DNA from: a virus
Lineage: Duplodnaviria > Caudoviricetes
Direction: 5' to 3' (one strand)
DNA length: 31,268 nucleotides
IMG/VR virus record: IMGVR_UViG_3300037171_000022
Span: 1-31,268 of that record
The notes beneath the pieces are model-generated. The model saw only the letters and a list, made by a program, of their open reading frames with translations. It was not told the origin of the DNA and did not search any database. Each line of letters begins with the position of its first letter. The stretch's first letter is position 1. Both the position numbers and the translations under genes were made by a program. Below, piece by piece: positions 1 to 6,762 of the stretch.

Positions 1-124
1 TTGCAAGCCAACGTATGATGTGACGGCATCGACTACAATGTTACTTGATGCTACCGAACCGCCTAACATCATGGACATGATTGCGAAGCATAAGGCTAAA
101 CGAGCGGCGTTAGCAAAACTTTAA
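1..124 (+). CDS. 3' end of an upstream gene (partial); possibly a Sak4-like/AAA ATPase from context only
   Basis: Frame 2 is open from the window start (CKPTYDVTASTTMLLDATEPPNIMDMIAKHKAKRAALAKL) to TAA at 122-124. Such ATPases often precede DUF669 genes; no motif is visible. Confidence 0.5.
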   Translation, partial: CKPTYDVTASTTMLLDATEPPNIMDMIAKHKAKRAALAKL

Positions 125-161
125 CCAGATTTCAAAACCAAAGCGCAAGGAGCAGCACACA

Positions 162-662
162 ATGGCATTTCAAATGTCGTATCAGAAAGAAGAACTCACT
201 GGAGCATCGCCCGTACCAGCAGGATGGTACACACTACAGATCAAGAACTTCCGTCCGAGGGCATCAAAGGATGGAGAGTCTGTGTCACTGAACGCCGAGC
301 TTGCTATCATCAATAACGCAGAGTATGATGGCCGCAGGATTTTCGCTGGCCTTAATTCTAAGGCTGGTTTCATTATCCTCGACTTCGTTCATGCTACCGG
401 TTTGCCGATGGAAGAAGTACAGGATGAGTTTGCTGGAACTGAAAAAGCTCACCTGACACTACCGGGGTTCTTTGAAGGTTCCGACACACATCCTGATGAT
501 CCTTCACAGTGGAAGTATCAAGGGCCGCTCTTGAACAAGACAATGGAAGTTGAGCTTGCGGAGACGGAGTATCAGGGTAAGAAGCGTAATGAAGTACGGC
601 AGTTCAAATGCGCCGTGCCGGGTTGTACGGATAAGCATAGCACGAACCTAATCAAGAACTAA
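162..662 (+). CDS. DUF669-like protein, putative ssDNA-binding/annealing partner
   Basis: SD AAGGAG upstream. PVPAGWYTLQI...SKDG...YDGRRIF and C-terminal EYQGKKRNEVRQF match the DUF669-type pattern; located in the replication module. Confidence 0.6.
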   Translation: MAFQMSYQKEELTGASPVPAGWYTLQIKNFRPRASKDGESVSLNAELAIINNAEYDGRRIFAGLNSKAGFIILDFVHATGLPMEEVQDEFAGTEKAHLTLPGFFEGSDTHPDDPSQWKYQGPLLNKTMEVELAETEYQGKKRNEVRQFKCAVPGCTDKHSTNLIKN

Positions 663-667
663 CACAG

Positions 668-703
668 AAAGAGCGCGACTTCTACGGAGGTCGCCTCTTT
701 TTC
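668..703 (+). terminator. Rho-independent terminator with cUACGg tetraloop
   Basis: GCGACTTC-TACG-GAGGTCGC stem (one G-U) extended by AAAGAG/CTCTTT, followed by a T run, directly after the 162..662 stop. Confidence 0.7.
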
Positions 704-738
704 TCTAAGCTCTTGAGGGGGAGCTTAGAGAAAAGGAG
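695..738 (+). promoter_or_regulatory. 18-bp hairpin overlapping the terminator T tract and covering the next SD
   Basis: CTCTTTTTCTCTAAGCTC (695-712) pairs with GAGCTTAGAGAAAAGGAG (721-738) with one G-U; the 3' arm contains AAGGAG for the ATG at 746. Confidence 0.6.
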
Positions 739-745
739 AATAAGA

Positions 746-946
746 ATGAGCTACCATGATCTAAGTGAATGTACCCTTTCGCCACAAGAACGCTTAGAAG
801 AAGCTGTCCGTATTATGGACATGCTTGAGAATTCATCTGAGCTAAGAGACAATGAACGTGGGATGATGGATAATGTTGTTAAGTATCAAACTTGTTCAGT
901 AAAACAACTGTTTTGGTTTCGTGATATCAAGGATCGTGTGCTATAA
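746..946 (+). CDS. Hypothetical protein (66 aa)
   Basis: AAGGAG SD then ATG at 746, a better start than TTG 713; TAATG overlap with the next gene. Confidence 0.75.
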   Translation: MSYHDLSECTLSPQERLEEAVRIMDMLENSSELRDNERGMMDNVVKYQTCSVKQLFWFRDIKDRVL

Positions 947-2034
947 TGCCTTTCATTTCGCCTAGAGGTACGCCAACTTCGAGAATCTGGGTTATCCTAT
1001 CAAAACCCTACGGCTCTGACAAAGGCACACTCTTCTCAGGAGGAATGGGTCATGTTTTCTTTAAGATGTTACAAGAAGCTGGTATCGCTCAGTCAGATTG
1101 TTATTTTACCTCTCGTTCGCCCAATACTGACGACGCTCATGCTTGCGTCAATCTTGATGCTGAGTTAGCCCATCATACTCCTCCGATAATTCTCGTTCTA
1201 GGAGACGTGGCGGGTTGGTTTTTGCCAGAGTTACGCGAGCCGAAGCTAATGACTACAAGCGCAGGGCAGTTGCAGAAATATGCTGGCTCTTTGCTGTCGG
1301 CGCCGTCACTCTCATATCCACATTACATGATTCCGATCTACGGTTCCGAAAGATGCGTGGCCGATTGGACAGAGCGGAACATTACTACCTATGTGGACTT
1401 ACAGAAAGTCCGCGATGAGTTTAAGTATTGGCAAAAGCATGGCACACTTCAACCTCTTCCAGAACGTGTAATGAAGTATCAAGATATGGATACGGATGAG
1501 CTACTCTCTTATCTTGATCGCTTCCGTAATGCTAAGATTCTCTCAGATGATATTGAAAATCCTACGTACCGAAGTGCCAAGTACTCTCCGCACCCAGGGT
1601 ATCCACTGTTAATGGGTCTTGCTGACTCAAGTACGTTTGGGATTAGTTTTAAACTCTTTCGTGATAAGCCAAGCGAAAACAGAGAACTCTGGAGAAGACT
1701 TGATGATCTCTATTACAATGTTCCGATTCTCTTGGGTCAGAACTTCTTTAACTATGATGCACTGTTTCATAACATGCTGGGGTTTAGGATACGACTTGAG
1801 AGAGTCCAAGATACTTTGCTGCGCCATCATATCTTGTGGCCGGAGCTGAGTCATAAGTTACAGTTTATGACCAGACAGTATACTCGTGAGCCATACTATA
1901 AGGATGAGAGTCACCATTGGACACTTAAATATATGGATAGATTTCGTAGATATAATTGTCTGGATGCTTGTATTACAAGAGAGATCTACGATGCCCAAGA
2001 ACTTGAGTTTAACGAACGGCCACACTTGAGGTGA
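946..2034 (+). CDS. DNA polymerase A N-terminal subunit: degenerate uracil-DNA glycosylase-like domain plus DEDDy 3'-5' exonuclease
   Basis: N-terminus resembles family-4 UDG/SPO1 polymerase N-domain (FSGGMG..FFKMLQEAGI...YFT; PPIILVLG). ExoI SDDIEN, ExoII GQNFFNYD, ExoIII YNCLD. Confidence 0.85.
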   Translation: MPFISPRGTPTSRIWVILSKPYGSDKGTLFSGGMGHVFFKMLQEAGIAQSDCYFTSRSPNTDDAHACVNLDAELAHHTPPIILVLGDVAGWFLPELREPKLMTTSAGQLQKYAGSLLSAPSLSYPHYMIPIYGSERCVADWTERNITTYVDLQKVRDEFKYWQKHGTLQPLPERVMKYQDMDTDELLSYLDRFRNAKILSDDIENPTYRSAKYSPHPGYPLLMGLADSSTFGISFKLFRDKPSENRELWRRLDDLYYNVPILLGQNFFNYDALFHNMLGFRIRLERVQDTLLRHHILWPELSHKLQFMTRQYTREPYYKDESHHWTLKYMDRFRRYNCLDACITREIYDAQELEFNERPHLR

Positions 2035-2040
2035 TAACCA

Positions 2041-2460
2041 TTGAGAAGGACTCACATACGTTACGATGTCATTGACAAAGGCTATACGACACCCTGTTGG
2101 ATTTGGCAAGGATGTACTCGTGAAGGCTACGGAATGAAACAGAATTTAACTGGTGGGCCTAGTAAAATGATGCAAGCTCATGTTTATTATTATGAACTTG
2201 CAAAAGGAAAAGTACCTGCTGGTTTAATACTAGATCATCTCTGTAATCAAAGAGCTTGTGTTAATCCAGACCATCTTGAGCCAAAGACTCATAAGGCTAA
2301 CATACGAAGAGGTAAAGTTCCTGTTGTAACAAAAGAAATAGCTGCCAAGATCAAGGAGTTATATTCCACAGGAAAGTGGCAGCAAAGCTGTCTTGCGGCA
2401 GCGTTCAAAATCTCACAACCAACAGTGTCTCAAATTATAAGAGGCATAACTTGGAATTGA
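2041..2460 (+). CDS. HNH homing endonuclease with C-terminal helix-turn-helix
   Basis: CWIWQG...GYG...AH...LDHLCNQRACVNPDHL..KTHKAN; C-terminal QQSCLAAAFKISQPTVSQII HTH. TTG start with GAGGTG SD. Confidence 0.9.
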   Translation: MRRTHIRYDVIDKGYTTPCWIWQGCTREGYGMKQNLTGGPSKMMQAHVYYYELAKGKVPAGLILDHLCNQRACVNPDHLEPKTHKANIRRGKVPVVTKEIAAKIKELYSTGKWQQSCLAAAFKISQPTVSQIIRGITWN

Positions 2461-2491
2461 AGAATTTAACCAACGTCCACAGTTACGATAG
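2459..2491 (+). pseudogene. Orphan duplicate of the exonuclease gene's last codons
   Basis: 2459-2491 reads EEFNQRPQLR-TAG; 2002-2034 reads LEFNERPHLR-TGA. Confidence 0.75.
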
Positions 2492-2499
2492 GAGAATCA

Positions 2500-2652
2500 A
2501 TGAACAAGCATCTGACAAAAATTCGTGAAATCTGTGCGTTTCTTCGGCAACTTGTGCCGATTTGCTATCTTTCGGTACTACAGCATAGGCTGGATGAGAT
2601 TGTTGCAGAAGTTGATGCTATCAAAGTGATTCTGGAAAGAGAGGGTTTGTAA
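2500..2652 (+). CDS. Small hypothetical protein (50 aa), absent from the ORF track
   Basis: AGGAG SD; MNKHLTKIREICAFLRQLVPICYLSVLQHRLDEIVAEVDAIKVILEREGL; TAATG coupling to the next ORF. Confidence 0.7.
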   Translation: MNKHLTKIREICAFLRQLVPICYLSVLQHRLDEIVAEVDAIKVILEREGL

Positions 2653-2972
2653 TGATTACTCCTAAGTTACTAACCTCAGCACAGATCAAAGCTATGAATC
2701 GCTTTCTCAAGAATCGTATGATTGCTTGGGGTGATATAACTTTAAGTAACGAGGCTGCTAATAGATTGGCATTACTTTGTCAAATTGAACCGATAAATCT
2801 TTCTTATGTACTTAGCAGAGATTCAGAGGCGATATCTTGTAGAACAGCTTTGGGATGGTATGTGACATTTCATCGCTTTGAACAAGGAATAGAACAAACC
2901 AATTATTTCGCACTAGAATATGAAGCATGGAATGACGCTGCCAATCGTCTAAGAATGGTTGAGAATGACTGA
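2652..2972 (+). CDS. Hypothetical protein (106 aa)
   Basis: Overlaps both neighbours (TAATG; ATGACTGA); no recognisable motif. Confidence 0.65.
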   Translation: MITPKLLTSAQIKAMNRFLKNRMIAWGDITLSNEAANRLALLCQIEPINLSYVLSRDSEAISCRTALGWYVTFHRFEQGIEQTNYFALEYEAWNDAANRLRMVEND

Positions 2973-4470
2973 TCGAGTAACTAACACCTACGAACACGCT
3001 CTTCAGGCTGCCTACTATGACATAGGCAACCGTGGCATCTGCGTCAACACAGCACGAATCGCAGAGGCTAAAGCCATCGTCAAAGCTGAAGTGGCAAGAC
3101 AATTAGCAATAGCTTCTTCACAATGGCAAACAAAGGTTTTTGTCGGCGCGGCTAATGCTCCAGATGAAGCTGTCAAAGGTCTTAACGCTGGCAGCGCAAT
3201 CAATATCAATGCGACACAGGGTAAGTTTGCACTTTTGACAGGACTCAAAACTCTCGGCTACGAAGTTGTCAAGATCACAAAGAAAAACTCTGAGGGAGAT
3301 TATGAACAAAACTATTCAACCGGAGAACTCGCATTACAAAAGATGCTCTCAAAGAATCAGTTTGCGTATCCCGGAGGAGATCCGGCAATCAAAGCAATAC
3401 TTAAAATTAGAGAACTTGGTAAACTCTACTCCTCTTACCTTAACGCTAGACTTCTCTTTCGAGAAGGAGAAAGTTTCTTTCTTAGTAACTATAATGTCGC
3501 CGGAACGCTTACAGGTCGTAGATCGTCCAGAAGACATACGTTTGGTTTTGGAAACAATGCTCAAAATTTCCCCAAACATTCAGACGTGGCGTCGATGTAT
3601 AGACGATGTCTTGTCGCACGTCCCGGAAATATCTTCTTGATGGTCGATCAGATCAGTGCCGAAGATTGGCCTGTGAGTGCGTTGTCAGAGAATCACCAAG
3701 CACTCAAGGAGCTACGAGATGATACTGACGTTTACGGTCGGCACACTCGACTCGCATCTATCATATTTAACATTCCACTCAATGCAAAAACTCCCGGAGA
3801 GTGGAAAGATTCAATGGAACGGTATCTTGGCAAGAAAACTCGTCATGCCAGCAACTATGACATGAAAGCTGGTCGTATGAGTGATGCACTGGCGCAGGAA
3901 GGCTTTAGTTTTAGCGAGAGCGATTGTAGTACGCTTCTCAAGAAAGTCGCTGCTCATGATCCTTCTGTGCAGAAGATTTTTCATCAGTACGTCAAAGACA
4001 CAATTTCCAAAACACACATGCTAGTAACTCCCTTTGGGAGAGAACGTCAGTTCTTAGGAGCGAGACCAAATGACAGCAACTCAAGTGTCTTCAAAGAAGC
4101 TTATGCTTACATACCTCAATCAACTGTCGGTGACAATACCGGAATGGCAATCCTTGCTATGGAAACTAAGTATCCTGTCGGCGAAAGATTCGTGGTCCAA
4201 GAAGGACATGATAGCATTGTCCAGGATGTACCTTCAGATATCGAAACAGTTTACAGATATCTCCTACGAGTTGGAGAGAGTTTTAAGCGCAGCATTACCT
4301 TCCATAACGGAATTACTGTTGAAATCCCCATTGAAGCAGAAGTTGGGTATGACTTCCAGACAACAGTTAAGATCAAAGAAGTAACTCGTGCTGGAGTCGC
4401 GGCGGCGATCGAGAAGCTCAAGGACAAATTAGCGGCAATAGAACCGAAACAAGTTCTAATCACAGCATAA
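2965..4470 (+). CDS. polA: DNA polymerase family A, polymerase (thumb/palm/fingers) subunit
   Basis: GTLTGRRSS, NAQNFPK, motif A MVDQISAE, motif B RYLGKKTRHASNY, TPFGRER, PQST, motif C QEGHDSIV; no exonuclease domain. ATG 2965 preferred over TTG 2959. Confidence 0.93.
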   Translation: MTDRVTNTYEHALQAAYYDIGNRGICVNTARIAEAKAIVKAEVARQLAIASSQWQTKVFVGAANAPDEAVKGLNAGSAININATQGKFALLTGLKTLGYEVVKITKKNSEGDYEQNYSTGELALQKMLSKNQFAYPGGDPAIKAILKIRELGKLYSSYLNARLLFREGESFFLSNYNVAGTLTGRRSSRRHTFGFGNNAQNFPKHSDVASMYRRCLVARPGNIFLMVDQISAEDWPVSALSENHQALKELRDDTDVYGRHTRLASIIFNIPLNAKTPGEWKDSMERYLGKKTRHASNYDMKAGRMSDALAQEGFSFSESDCSTLLKKVAAHDPSVQKIFHQYVKDTISKTHMLVTPFGRERQFLGARPNDSNSSVFKEAYAYIPQSTVGDNTGMAILAMETKYPVGERFVVQEGHDSIVQDVPSDIETVYRYLLRVGESFKRSITFHNGITVEIPIEAEVGYDFQTTVKIKEVTRAGVAAAIEKLKDKLAAIEPKQVLITA

Positions 4471-4485
4471 GAAAGAGCTTCTAGC

Positions 4486-5712
4486 ATGAGCAGGGTTCTA
4501 AAGAAGCCGTTCCATGAAAGTTTCATTGACTGTGTCAGTCCTCATACTGATATTCCTGATACGTTTATCATCTGGTCGGCGCTCTCTCTTGTTGGAGCGG
4601 CGCTCAAAAACAATGTATACTTTCAGATTGGTACGTACACACTGTATCCGAATATGTTCATAGTACTTGTTGGACCTCCTGGCGTTGGTAAAGGAGCTTC
4701 GATGAACATTTTAGAACAGATGATTATTGATACTAAACCAAATCAGGTAGTCAATACGCTGTCTGATCGTATTACAGCAGAACGTATCATCGAGCGTATC
4801 TCAGACGGCTGGAGTACAGCGCCGCAGCTAAAGAACATGCAACTTGTACTAGGTAAGAATGACCACAATTGCTTGCTCTTTAGTTCTGAGATTCGTGTCT
4901 TACTTGGAGCATCAGATTGGATGCTTGAGTTTCTCGAAGAAGCATGGAGCAAAACGACTTATGAATATCAAACTAAGAACAAAGGAAACGTGGCAATTGA
5001 CAATATGTGCTGCTCGCTACTAGCTGCTTCTGTTCCTGATTTCCTTCGCAATGTCAATCGAGAAGCTCATATGGTCATTACAGGGGGGTTTTCAAGCAGA
5101 TGCCTCTTTATCTACGCAGAAAATCCGTCTAAAGACTTACCATTCCCGGAGCCGCTTAAAAAGAACGTAAAGTCCAAAGCTCTCTATGATAATCTTGTTC
5201 TTGATCTCCAAGAAATAGGCACTCTTCGTGGAGAGTTTGTCATAGACACTGGCGCACGATTACGCTTTGAGACTTTCTTACGTCTCAATCGCGCTGCCTC
5301 GTCAAAGGATGACTCCGAGGCTGTAGCAAATTTTCGAGCTAGAATAAAAGCTCATATTCTGAAGTTAGCTATGATTTTTAGTGTCTCTCGTGATAATTCT
5401 CTTCACATCTCTGATATGGATATGGTCAATGCTATAGCAGAGATACAAAAAATTCTTGCAAGTTTGTCAAAGCTTTTCCGCGGCGCTGGAGAAGGAATGG
5501 ATGCCGCAGTAACGGCACGAGTACAGGATTTTATTGAGAAGTACGGCAGAGTCTCGAAGAAAGAGATTTTCAAAGCGTTACACAGACACTTAAACTCTCC
5601 CGAAACTCTCGATAGAATTCTTTACGTTCTTGAAGCCATAGGTTATTGTACTGTGGTGAACTCAAACAAAATGACGTTTTATCAACCTGTAGTGAGGAAG
5701 GTAGGTCCATGA
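4486..5712 (+). CDS. DUF3987-like P-loop ATPase (putative replicative helicase) with probable C-terminal winged helix
   Basis: LYPNMFIVLVGPPGVGKG Walker A, degenerate Walker B LLFSSE, GGFSSR arginine motif, HILKLAM helix; follows the polymerase. Confidence 0.7.
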   Translation: MSRVLKKPFHESFIDCVSPHTDIPDTFIIWSALSLVGAALKNNVYFQIGTYTLYPNMFIVLVGPPGVGKGASMNILEQMIIDTKPNQVVNTLSDRITAERIIERISDGWSTAPQLKNMQLVLGKNDHNCLLFSSEIRVLLGASDWMLEFLEEAWSKTTYEYQTKNKGNVAIDNMCCSLLAASVPDFLRNVNREAHMVITGGFSSRCLFIYAENPSKDLPFPEPLKKNVKSKALYDNLVLDLQEIGTLRGEFVIDTGARLRFETFLRLNRAASSKDDSEAVANFRARIKAHILKLAMIFSVSRDNSLHISDMDMVNAIAEIQKILASLSKLFRGAGEGMDAAVTARVQDFIEKYGRVSKKEIFKALHRHLNSPETLDRILYVLEAIGYCTVVNSNKMTFYQPVVRKVGP

Positions 5713-6449
5713 TGGCGATCTATAGCATACCAAAGTCAAATAAATCCGTGAACGTGGCACCAGAGGAGCCACAGAAACCAGATGCTCCGAATTTTTTGGC
5801 GCTAAGACGCCTTGAACTAGAAGCAGAAGACGCTGCCGATATAGCACTAAAGTCTGCCAGCGAAATCGTACTCGATGGTTCTAACAAGGTTACTATTCCA
5901 GGTTATGCTTATACATTCGAAGCTCTAGGTGAGCGGATACTCGTTAGTTTAGATATTCCACTCTCAGGCTATGAGTGTAAGACTTGTCTAGGCAGAAAGC
6001 GTATTAAGCGTCAGTGTGAGTGTGTAACGTGTGGAAGAGCAGGAAAAAAGTACACACTGGAACAAATAGAAGACATTCGTAAAACTCTTGGAGACTCTGT
6101 GGCAGATGCTCGTACTGAGATTATCTGTCCAGAGTGCGGTGGTGATCCTGACAGTGTTGCCACAGATGAAGTCTGTCCAGAGTGTAACGGCGTTGGCGGC
6201 AAAGTTTGGATTCCACGTTCAGCAAAAGAATTCCCTACCACCGGTGTCGTAGTCTCGATGGGTTCTGTAGCAAGAGAGAAAGCTGAATTTAAGATCGGTG
6301 ATCGTATTCTCTTTGGTTTCCAAGCAGGAACAATGATTCCAAACAAGGCTGGATTACCGTTTAAATACATGGACTATTACAACGGCGCGATTAAGATTGA
6401 AGGTGCCGAAGCTATGGCAGCCTTTGATTTTGTGTTGTCGGCAGTCTAA
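5709..6449 (+). CDS. GroES/Cpn10-like co-chaperonin with an inserted DnaJ-type zinc finger
   Basis: EALGERILV ... [23 protein letters not shown] ... [15 protein letters not shown] matches the GroES consensus, interrupted by four CxxC(x)G motifs. ATGA overlap with the upstream stop and GAGGAAGG SD. Confidence 0.8.
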   Translation: MMAIYSIPKSNKSVNVAPEEPQKPDAPNFLALRRLELEAEDAADIALKSASEIVLDGSNKVTIPGYAYTFEALGERILVSLDIPLSGYECKTCLGRKRIKRQCECVTCGRAGKKYTLEQIEDIRKTLGDSVADARTEIICPECGGDPDSVATDEVCPECNGVGGKVWIPRSAKEFPTTGVVVSMGSVAREKAEFKIGDRILFGFQAGTMIPNKAGLPFKYMDYYNGAIKIEGAEAMAAFDFVLSAV

Positions 6450-6462
6450 GAAAGGAGGTGTC

Positions 6463-6624
6463 ATGCCACTTGAAGAAGGGAGTTCAAAAAAAGTAATCTC
6501 AGATAATATTAAAACTGAGATGCACGCTGGTAAACCACAAAAACAAGCTGTCGCTATTGCAATGAGTGAAGCTGGTAAAAGAAGACAGAAGAGAAAGAAG
6601 ACTCAGAAAAAGAAATACTCGTAG
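6463..6624 (+). CDS. Small basic phage protein (53 aa)
   Basis: Strong AAGGAGGT SD; [38 protein letters not shown] plus a K/R-rich tail, a pattern common in small phage proteins. Confidence 0.8.
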   Translation: MPLEEGSSKKVISDNIKTEMHAGKPQKQAVAIAMSEAGKRRQKRKKTQKKKYS

Positions 6625-6627
6625 CAT

Positions 6628-6675
6628 AAGAAAGTCCCACTCTAGAGAACATTCTAGAGTGGGGACTTCTTGTTT
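6628..6675. terminator. Bidirectional intrinsic terminator between the convergent blocks
   Basis: GTCCCACTCTAGA-gaacat-TCTAGAGTGGGGAC stem (one bulge) with AAGAAA on the left and TTCTTGTTT on the right. Confidence 0.85.
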
Positions 6676-6762
6676 GTGCTCCCCCGGTACTACCTCAGCG
6701 CGTCCGTGTTCCGGCTGCTAGTTGCCGTCGATGAGGGAAAGGCGGCTCGACGCGCTCTCTGT

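Noticed and set aside
2035-2964. Group I intron or split intein joining the two polymerase halves
   Set aside because: No recognisable P7 (R/S) core motifs and no intein terminal residues; the interval is filled with SD-bearing, coupled ORFs.
5976-6197. dnaJ gene
   Set aside because: No J-domain or HPD motif; only the zinc-finger motifs, embedded in a GroES-like frame.
6724-6746. Hammerhead ribozyme (GATGA...GAAA)
   Set aside because: Lacks the CUGANGA core and has no stem II between GATGA and GAAA.
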